Positions 18,447-27,576 of a DNA stretch of 32,000 bases are shown here, piece after piece (position 1 is the stretch's first letter; each line of letters begins with the position of its first letter). The notes below the pieces were generated by a model, which searched no databases, was not told the DNA's origin, and saw only the letters and a program-made list of their open reading frames with translations. Source of the stretch: Acidothermus cellulolyticus 11B (GTDB taxonomy: Bacteria; Actinomycetota; Actinomycetes; Acidothermales; Acidothermaceae). The stretch is from assembly GCF_000015025.1 (NCBI RefSeq), contig NC_008578.1, positions 210,001-242,000 on the forward strand, read 5' to 3'. Position numbers and translations under genes: made by a program.

Positions 18447-19390
18447 CGCACGCCATGCCTGCGCCGGTACGCCTACCGGCCGACATCGTGCAGCGCCTCG
18501 TCGACGCCGGCCTCGATGCCGACCACGTGCACGCTGTGATTCACGCCGCCCTGCAAGAGGATCGCGGCGGGGGCGTTGACGTGACGAGCGTCGCCGTCGT
18601 CCCCGCCGATCAGCGGGCGGTGGCGGACGTGGTTGCCCGGGCCGCCGGGGTGATAGCGGGGCTGCCGATTGCCGCGGCAACGTTCGTCGTGGCCGGTGAC
18701 GATCAGGTCGAGGTCGAGTTCCTGGCCGCGGACGGCGAGCAGGTGCCGGCGGGGGCGCGGCTACTCACGGTGTCTGGTCCGGCGCGGTCCCTCCTGACGG
18801 CGGAGCGCACCGCGTTGAACTTCCTGGCTCACCTCTCCGGCATTGCCACCGCGACGGCCCGCTGGGTCGCCGAAATTGCCGGGACGGGTGCGGTGATTCG
18901 CGATACGCGGAAGACCACGCCCGGATTGCGGATGCTGGAGAAATACGCCGTCCGATGCGGCGGGGGTGAGAATCACCGGATGTCGCTCGCCGACGCTGCG
19001 CTCATCAAGGACAACCACATCATGGCTGCCGGGGGGATTTCCGAGGCGTTCGCGCGAGTCCGGGCGATGTTTCCCGAGGTTCCGGTGGAAGTGGAATGTG
19101 ACACCCTGCCGCAGGTTGCGGAAGCCGTGCGCGCCGGAGCGCAGCTTGTACTCCTCGACAATATGCCTCCCGCGATGGTGCGTCAGGCGGTTGCCATGGT
19201 TCGTGACCTTGGCGCCGCCGGCCGCTGCCGCCTTGAAGTGAGCGGCGGACTGACGCTTGCCCAGGCGCGCGCCGTCGCGGAGACCGGTGTGCAGTACCTC
19301 GCGGTCGGGTCGATTACCCATTCAGCGCCGGTCCTTGACGTAGGGCTCGATTTTCGGGCTGTGGGCAGCGGCCCGCCGGCCGTCGGTTGA
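18443..19390 (+). CDS. nadC: Nicotinate-nucleotide diphosphorylase (carboxylating), quinolinate phosphoribosyltransferase
   Basis: The ATG overlaps the nadB stop (ATGA), giving 315 aa. Contains AERTALNFL, RDTRKTTPGLR, LIKDNHI and LLDNM segments typical of QAPRTase. The track ORF from 18320 overlaps nadB and is not used. Confidence 0.93.
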   Translation: MTHAMPAPVRLPADIVQRLVDAGLDADHVHAVIHAALQEDRGGGVDVTSVAVVPADQRAVADVVARAAGVIAGLPIAAATFVVAGDDQVEVEFLAADGEQVPAGARLLTVSGPARSLLTAERTALNFLAHLSGIATATARWVAEIAGTGAVIRDTRKTTPGLRMLEKYAVRCGGGENHRMSLADAALIKDNHIMAAGGISEAFARVRAMFPEVPVEVECDTLPQVAEAVRAGAQLVLLDNMPPAMVRQAVAMVRDLGAAGRCRLEVSGGLTLAQARAVAETGVQYLAVGSITHSAPVLDVGLDFRAVGSGPPAVG

Positions 19391-19416
19391 CCTCGCGCAA
19401 AACTCCGGGAGCCACG

Positions 19417-20187
19417 GTGTTGCTTGTCATTGATATCGGGAATACGCACACGGTTCTTGGCCTGTTCAGCGGTGACACGCTGGTCGACCATTGGCGCGTG
19501 GCGACCGATGCCCGCCGTACCGCCGACGAACTTGGATTTCTCATCCGTGGCTTGCTGGGTCAGGCGCGCCGCGCGGACGGCATCACCGGGGTGTCATGCT
19601 GCTCGACCGTTCCGGCCGCCTTGCGTGAAGTGCGCACGATGAGCGCACGCTGGTTTCCGGACGCGCCGCTCGTCGTGGTCGAACCGGGAATTCGCACCGG
19701 CGTACCGGTGCTCTACGACAATCCGCGGGAGGTGGGGGCCGACCGGATTGTCAATACGCTGGCGGCATTCACACTGCACGGCGGTCCTGCGATCGTCGTG
19801 GATTTCGGGACGTCGACCAATTTCGACGTCGTCTCGGCGCGCGGGGAGTTCCTTGGCGGGGTGTTGGCGCCCGGTATTGACATCTCCATCGACGCATTGG
19901 CGTCCCGGGCGGCGCAGCTGGTGAAGGTGCAGGTCGCGAAACCCCGGTCGGTCATCGGCAAGAACACGGTCGAGGCCTTGCAGGCCGGGATCGTTTACGG
20001 TTTTGCGGCGCAAGTTGACGGAATCGTCACGCGAATCGCGGAGCAGTTGCCGAGCCGCCCGGTGGTCATTGCCACCGGCGGCCTCGCGCCGGTCGTCCTG
20101 GATGAATGCCGTACCGTCGATGTCCACGATCCATGGCTGACACTCACGGGTTTACGGCTCATCTTCGAGCGCAATGTCCCCGAGTAG
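19417..20187 (+). CDS. coaX: Type III pantothenate kinase
   Basis: (M)LLVIDIGNTHTVLGLF, GADRIVN and VVDFGTSTNFD are present. GTG 19417 has GGGAG 5 nt upstream and gives the usual very short N-terminus. TTG 19387, overlapping the nadC stop, is the alternative. Confidence 0.9.
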   Translation: MLLVIDIGNTHTVLGLFSGDTLVDHWRVATDARRTADELGFLIRGLLGQARRADGITGVSCCSTVPAALREVRTMSARWFPDAPLVVVEPGIRTGVPVLYDNPREVGADRIVNTLAAFTLHGGPAIVVDFGTSTNFDVVSARGEFLGGVLAPGIDISIDALASRAAQLVKVQVAKPRSVIGKNTVEALQAGIVYGFAAQVDGIVTRIAEQLPSRPVVIATGGLAPVVLDECRTVDVHDPWLTLTGLRLIFERNVPE

Positions 20188-20217
20188 TCCGATCCCCCCG
20201 GTCCGATACCCTGCGCT

Positions 20218-20233
20218 CTGTGACCAGTCACAG
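20218..20233. promoter_or_regulatory. Inverted repeat CTGTGAC-CA-GTCACAG enclosing the lysS GTG start codon
   Basis: Perfect 7-bp arms read directly from the sequence, with GTG at 20220-20222 inside the left arm. No Shine-Dalgarno-like sequence occurs in the 32-nt coaX-lysS spacer. The site is near-identical to the one at 9957-9970. Confidence 0.3.
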
Positions 20234-21725
20234 CCAACCACTCGAGCCGGACGATTTCGACGTCCCGGAGCAGTTTCGGGTCCGCCGGGAAAAGCTTGCG
20301 CGGATCCGCGCGGAGGGCCTGGATCCGTATCCGGTCGGCTTTCCCCGGACCGCCTTTATTGCAGAGATTCGCGCGGCGTACGGCGATCTGCCGCCCGATA
20401 CCTTCACCGGTCAACACGCCTCGATCGCCGGGCGGTTGATGCTGTCCCGGATCGGCGGCAAACTCTGCTTCGGCGTGCTGCGGGATGGTTCCGGTGACCT
20501 GCAAATAATGCTCTCGGCACAGAAGGTGGGTGACCGCGCGCTGGCGCTCTGGAAGAGCCTTGTCGATCTCGGCGATCACATCGGCGTGCACGGTGAGATC
20601 ATCACCTCGCGGAGCGGCGAGTTGTCGATTCTCGCCGACTCGTGGTCGTTCACGAGCAAGGCGCTCCGGCCGTTGCCGGAGAAGCACAAGGGTTTGACCG
20701 ATCCCGAGGCGCGGATTCGCCGTCGGTACGTCGATCTCATCGTGAATTCCCGGGCGCGGTCGATGGTCCACATCCGTGCCGCCGTGTTGCGCTCCCTCCG
20801 GGACACTCTGAGCCGGCGCGGATACCTCGAGGTCGAGACCCCTGTCCTCCAGCTGGTGCACGGAGGCGCGGCTGCGCGGCCGTTCCGCACCCATCTCAAT
20901 GCCTTCGACCTGCCCTTGTATCTGCGGATCGCCCTCGAGCTGCCGCTCAAACGCCTGGTCGTCGGCGGCTTGGAACGCGTCTACGAAATCGGCCGGGTCT
21001 TTCGCAACGAAGGGGTCGATTCGTCGCACAGCCCGGAATTCACCGAACTGGAGGCGTACGAGGCCTACGGTGATTACGACACGATGGCTGACCTCGTTCG
21101 TGAGCTCGTACTTGACGCGGCGAAGGCAATCGACGCGGTTCAGGTGCTGGGTTCATCCGGTGATGTCATCGATCTGGCCGGTCCGTGGCGCACCGTCACG
21201 GTGCATCAGGCGGTCTCCGAGGCCGTCGGTGAAGAAATCACCGTCGACACCCCGGCTGCGGTGCTCCATCAGATCGCGGCGCGATACAACGTACCGGTTC
21301 CTCCGGCGGCGGAGCATGGCGAGGTTGTCTGCGAGCTCTTCGAGAAGGTCGCCCAGCCGGCGATCGTCCAGCCGACATTCGTTCGTGACTTTCCGGCTTC
21401 CGTTCGCCCATTGGCCCGGCCGCATCGGACGGATCCTCGGCTGGCCGAAGCGTGGGATCTCATCATCAACGGCATAGAGCTGGCCCCGGCCTACTCCGAG
21501 CTTGTCGATCCGGTCGAGCAGCGCCGGCGGTTGACCGAGCAGTCGGTCCGTGCCGCCGGTGGAGATCCGGAGGCAATGCAATTGGACGAGGATTTCCTGC
21601 AGGCCCTGGAGTACGGCGCGCCGCCGATGGGCGGGTTGGGGCTTGGGGTGGACCGCCTGCTGATGCTGCTCACCGGATCGGGTATCCGGGACGTCATCCT
21701 CTTCCCCCTCGTCCGGCCCGAATAG
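20220..21725 (+). CDS. lysS: Lysine--tRNA ligase (class II)
   Basis: 501 aa from GTG 20220. The N-terminus (PEQFRVRREKLARIRAEGLDPYPV) parallels M. tuberculosis LysS. Motif 2 (FRNEG) and motif 3 (GGLGLGVDRLLMLL) are present. The track ORF from 20106 overlaps coaX and is not used. Confidence 0.93.
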   Translation: MTSHSQPLEPDDFDVPEQFRVRREKLARIRAEGLDPYPVGFPRTAFIAEIRAAYGDLPPDTFTGQHASIAGRLMLSRIGGKLCFGVLRDGSGDLQIMLSAQKVGDRALALWKSLVDLGDHIGVHGEIITSRSGELSILADSWSFTSKALRPLPEKHKGLTDPEARIRRRYVDLIVNSRARSMVHIRAAVLRSLRDTLSRRGYLEVETPVLQLVHGGAAARPFRTHLNAFDLPLYLRIALELPLKRLVVGGLERVYEIGRVFRNEGVDSSHSPEFTELEAYEAYGDYDTMADLVRELVLDAAKAIDAVQVLGSSGDVIDLAGPWRTVTVHQAVSEAVGEEITVDTPAAVLHQIAARYNVPVPPAAEHGEVVCELFEKVAQPAIVQPTFVRDFPASVRPLARPHRTDPRLAEAWDLIINGIELAPAYSELVDPVEQRRRLTEQSVRAAGGDPEAMQLDEDFLQALEYGAPPMGGLGLGVDRLLMLLTGSGIRDVILFPLVRPE

Positions 21726-21733
21726 GAGGGACG

Positions 21734-22324
21734 GTGGACACCGACGCCGCGTCGTCGCCGACAGCTGCTGGGACGCCTGGCTTGCCGGCGCCCGACACCA
21801 CGAACTCCGCGGGGACTCAGGCCGGCGACGTGCAGATCCGTAAGGCGCGGACTGCCGACGTCAAGGGCATTCGGCGGATTCTTGACACGTATGCGCCGCA
21901 GGGGGTGCTGTTGGACAAGGCCATGGTCACCCTCTACGAGGACATTCAGGAATTCTGGGTGGCGGATCTGCACGGCAGTGTGATCGGTTGTGGCGCGTTG
22001 CACGTCATGTGGGAGGATTTGGCGGAGGTTCGTACGCTCGCCGTGGAGCCGTCGTGGCGTGGACGCGGCATCGGCCACCGTCTTCTTGAGCGTCTGCTGA
22101 CGACCGCGCGGGAGCTGGGGGTTCGTCGGGTCTTCTGCCTCACGTTTGAAGTTGATTTCTTCGCGGCGCACGGATTTGTCGAGATTCAAGGCTCGCCGGT
22201 CCCGCCGGAGGTCTATGAGGAGCTGCTCCGCTCATACGACGAGGGGGTCGCGGAGTTTCTTGATCTCGAGCGCGTGAAGCCCAACATCCTCGGCAACCAC
22301 CGAATGCTCTGTTATCTGGCCTAG
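21734..22324 (+). CDS. GNAT-family amino-acid N-acetyltransferase, short single-domain N-acetylglutamate synthase type (Rv2747/ArgA-like)
   Basis: 196 aa from GTG 21734, with AGGAGG 4-5 nt upstream and 8 nt after the lysS stop. The core IRKARTADVKGIRRILDTYA...LYEDIQEFWVA...GCGALHVMWEDLAEVRTLAV...GRGIGHRLL...VAEFLDLERVKPNILGN closely follows my recollection of M. tuberculosis ArgA. Confidence 0.8.
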   Translation: MDTDAASSPTAAGTPGLPAPDTTNSAGTQAGDVQIRKARTADVKGIRRILDTYAPQGVLLDKAMVTLYEDIQEFWVADLHGSVIGCGALHVMWEDLAEVRTLAVEPSWRGRGIGHRLLERLLTTARELGVRRVFCLTFEVDFFAAHGFVEIQGSPVPPEVYEELLRSYDEGVAEFLDLERVKPNILGNHRMLCYLA

Positions 22325-22713
22325 GACCGGACGTTATCTGACGCAGGAGCGGGTGCCGTTATCCCGCCGAGGGCTGGAGGCCTGTGCGCCAGGTCGAGGA
22401 CCGCTGACCCCCGTGCGCGGAGCACGCCGGGTGCCACCCTGGCCCGGTTCGGCGGACGGACATTTTCCGCGGGATCTCGAGCCGGCGGTGCCGCGTATTC
22501 GGGATGTCGACGCCGTCGAGCGCATGCCGTAACACTCGGGAAACAGCACCTGAAGATTTGCCGTGTTTTCCGTCGAAGGCCGAAACCGCCACCGTGTGGT
22601 GCTGGGACGCCGCTCTGCGGCACCCTGCGCGTCGCAATGGACTGAAACCGGGCGCATGGGTCGTTGCGGACCGGGAAGAATGTCGTCAATACCGGAAACG
22701 GCGACGGTGGTAT

Positions 22714-22742
22714 TTGCATTGTGCGGCGATTTCGGGTATTAG
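22714..22742 (+). promoter_or_regulatory. Candidate sigma-A-type promoter for lsr2
   Basis: TTGCAT (22714-22719), a 17-bp spacer, then TATTAG (22737-22742), about 45 nt upstream of the lsr2 GTG in a locally lower-GC stretch. A second TTGCAT follows at 22743-22748. Prediction by eye only. Confidence 0.4.
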
Positions 22743-22786
22743 TTGCATCGTTCGGTGAGCAGTCGAGTCGAGAAGGGACAACGTAC

Positions 22787-23191
22787 GTGGCACGTCAAGA
22801 AGTGGTAACTCTGGTCGATGACCTCGACGGGAGCGCCGCAGAAGAAACCATCCGGTTCGGCCTGGATGGTGAAACCTACGAGATCGATCTGAGCCGCAGC
22901 AATGCCCGCAAATTGCGGGACGCGCTCGCGCCGTACATCAACGTGGCGCGCCGGGTGCGGGGACGCGGACCGGCGGCCGGGCGCCGCGGTCGCCGGAAGG
23001 CGGCTGCCGCCGCGCCGCGGAAGCGGGCTGCAGCGAAGAAGACCACGACGCGTGGCCGTCGTACCAGCCGTACGACGGCAGCCGCCTCCGCCGCGGACAT
23101 TCGCGCCTGGGCCAAGTCGAAGGGCATTCCGGTGAACGAGCGCGGGCGTATCTCAGCTGAGGTGATCGAGGCGTACAACGCCGCGCACTGA
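22787..23191 (+). CDS. lsr2: Nucleoid-associated protein Lsr2 (H-NS-like xenogeneic silencer)
   Basis: 134 aa from GTG 22787. (V)ARQEVVTLVDDLDGSAAEETIRFGLDGETYEIDLS parallels MAKKVTVTLVDDFDGSG...YEIDLS of M. tuberculosis Lsr2. An Arg/Ala-rich linker and the C-terminal DNA-binding domain (IRAWAKSKGIPVNERGRISAEVIEAYNAAH) follow. Confidence 0.92.
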   Translation: MARQEVVTLVDDLDGSAAEETIRFGLDGETYEIDLSRSNARKLRDALAPYINVARRVRGRGPAAGRRGRRKAAAAAPRKRAAAKKTTTRGRRTSRTTAAASAADIRAWAKSKGIPVNERGRISAEVIEAYNAAH

Positions 23192-23215
23192 GGTAACGGA
23201 ATCTTTCGCGTTGAC

Positions 23216-23249
23216 GGTGGCCTCGCAATTGCGGGGCCACCGTTATTTC
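23216..23249 (+). terminator. Intrinsic terminator downstream of lsr2
   Basis: GGTGGCCTCGCAATTGCGGGGCCACC forms a near-perfect hairpin: GGTGGCC/GGCCACC plus CGCAA/TTGCG with one T-G wobble. GTTATTTCA follows immediately. It begins 25 nt after the lsr2 stop. Confidence 0.65.
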
Positions 23250-23375
23250 ATGCGATTTCCGCAGCGGCGGCGACCGGCCAGGGCGCCTCTCATCATCGCG
23301 CGTGCGCGGCCGCCCTCAGGTGAGGCCACCGTCATGTGATTCGGTACACCGCTCGGGCCGGCTGTCTGTCGCGGC

Positions 23376-23555
23376 GTGACGAGCGTTGTCCGGCCCGCCG
23401 CCTTTCGGCCGTGACGAGCGTTGTCCGGCCCGCCGCCGCGGCGTAACGAGTGGTTGTCCGGCCCGACGTTTCGGCATTGCCGTGAGGACTCCGGGCCCGA
23501 ACCGTTCCCCGGAGTGATCGTCGGCCCGTCACCGTGGTCGGTCGGGCCGAATGCC
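23376..23555. repeat. Degenerating tandem array (about 6 units, 21-39 bp spacing) in the lsr2-clpC1 intergenic region
   Basis: Two perfect 27-mers GTGACGAGCGTTGTCCGGCCCGCCGCC lie at 23376-23402 and 23411-23437. Progressively diverged units follow: GTAACGAGTGGTTGTCCGGCCCGACG (23443), GTGAGGACTCCGGGCCCGAACC (23482), GTGATCGTCGGCCCGTCACC (23513) and GTGGTCGGTCGGGCCGAATGCC (23534). Confidence 0.8.
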
Positions 23556-23579
23556 GTGTCGGTCAACGTGCGATCGGTT

Positions 23580-23593
23580 GTTCGCTGCGAGCG
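23580..23593 (+). promoter_or_regulatory. ClgR-type operator upstream of clpC1
   Basis: GTTCGCtgcgaGCG matches the Streptomyces ClgR consensus GTTCGC-N5-GCG as I recall it. It lies 241 nt upstream of the clpC1 ATG. It is the only full match among the GTTCGC occurrences I checked in the window. Confidence 0.45.
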
Positions 23594-23833
23594 CAATCAG
23601 CGATCCGGAACATGCCGGCGCTCGTATCTGTTGGCAAAAAGCGACGACATGCTGCGCCTTGTCAGCGGGCTGCCCGCGAGTGATTCATCAGGTCCATTCG
23701 GCGTTGGGCGAAATGGTGAGAAGAATCGGCACCGCCGCCGTGCGAGGAGCTCGGGGACGTCCGAGGACCGGGATAGCATGCAAGTGAGACGAGCGCGGTC
23801 GTCGTCCGGCCGCGCACGAGGAGCGATGGCGAG

Positions 23834-26353
<2,520 letters not shown>

Positions 26354-26386
26354 CGGTACGCCGGCCGGGCCTCGCGGCGGCGGTTG

Positions 26387-27394
26387 CTACGTCGCATCGG
26401 CTGTTGCCGGCCCGAGCTGGTAGCGGCCTCCCGGTGCGCAGGACACGAGCCCATCGGACACAAGGCTGGCCAGCGCCCGCCTGCGCTGGGTTGGGTCCGG
26501 CCAGGCGCGGGCCAGGTCCGCGGTGCTGACGGGATGCGGGTATTCCCGAAGCGCCGCCAGGAGCGCGCCACGGGCCTGCCGATCGCTGCCGGTGTACGGC
26601 GCCCGGGGTCGGCGTGTGCCGGCTGGCCGACCGGCCCGGTGCCACGCGCAGTCCGTGGTGAGGGGACAGCGGGCACAGCCGGGGCTGCGGCTGGTGCAGA
26701 TGAGCGCGCCGAGTTCCATGAGCGCCACGGAGAACTGCGCGGCGCGGTCGGCATTCTTGGGCAGCAACGCGTCGAGGCTTCGGTGCTCGGCGGCCCGGGG
26801 AGTGCCGGTTGGGTGTGGCACGCCGGTGAGGAACCGAGCGAGGACGCGCCGCACATTCGTGTCGAGGACGGCGACGCGGCGGCGGTAGGCGAACGCGGCG
26901 ACCGCCGCCGCGGTGTAACGGCCGATTCCCGGGAGCGTGGCGAGGACGCCGGGCTCATCGGGGACGATCCCACCGAACCGATCCACGATCGCACGTGCCG
27001 CTTGGTGCAGCCAGAGCGCGCGTCGCGGATAACCGAGCCGGCCCCACGCCCGCACGGCGTCCGCTGGAGTGGCGGCGGCCAGCGATTGCGGCGTCGGCCA
27101 CCGGGCCGTCCACACCGCGTAAACCGGCAGTACGCGGCTGACCGGCGTTTGCTGCAGCATCACCTCGCTCACGAGGACCTGCCAGGGCGTCACGTCCGAC
27201 CGACGCCATGGCAGGTCGCGGCGGCCGTGCCGGCGGTACCACGCGAGCACCCGGTGGACCACGCGCTGCGCCGGAGCCTGCGTCAGATCCGATAAAGCCG
27301 CACGCCTGCCTCGTGGGTCTGGACCCGCGCTCCCCGTGATGAGCCGGGTCGAAGCGGCGCCCGGCCGGGTCTGGGCGGGAGTGTTCCTTCGCAC
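26387..27394 (-). CDS. mutY: A/G-specific adenine DNA glycosylase
   Basis: 335-aa ORF with LPWRR...PWQVLVSEVMLQQT, helix-hairpin-helix LPGIGRYTAAAV, catalytic-Asp region VLDTNVRRVL, and a 4Fe-4S loop CTSRSPGCARCPLTTDC. The start is uncertain; an internal GTG just before VHRVLAWY is possible. Confidence 0.9.
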   Translation of the reverse strand: MRRNTPAQTRPGAASTRLITGSAGPDPRGRRAALSDLTQAPAQRVVHRVLAWYRRHGRRDLPWRRSDVTPWQVLVSEVMLQQTPVSRVLPVYAVWTARWPTPQSLAAATPADAVRAWGRLGYPRRALWLHQAARAIVDRFGGIVPDEPGVLATLPGIGRYTAAAVAAFAYRRRVAVLDTNVRRVLARFLTGVPHPTGTPRAAEHRSLDALLPKNADRAAQFSVALMELGALICTSRSPGCARCPLTTDCAWHRAGRPAGTRRPRAPYTGSDRQARGALLAALREYPHPVSTADLARAWPDPTQRRRALASLVSDGLVSCAPGGRYQLGPATADAT

Positions 27395-27576
27395 GGCGAA
27401 ACTCCCTTGCCGCCGGGTGGATCCGCGACGTGATGTCGGACGTCGAGCGTAACCGGACGCCCTGCCCGGTTAAGAATCGGCTCTTCCCGGACGACAGGAA
27501 GGGCAGATCGCGCGGCGCGCTGGAGCTCAGCAGCCGTGAGCACCAAGCCGGAATTTGATCAGTCGCGAGGAGCTTC

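Noticed and set aside
22504-22758. 84-aa + strand ORF, and overlapping minus-strand ORFs at 22321-22719, in the GNAT-lsr2 spacer.
   Set aside because: Third-position G+C is only about 60% by hand count, against near saturation in the real genes. The sequences are Cys/Arg/Trp-rich and implausible, with no RBS.
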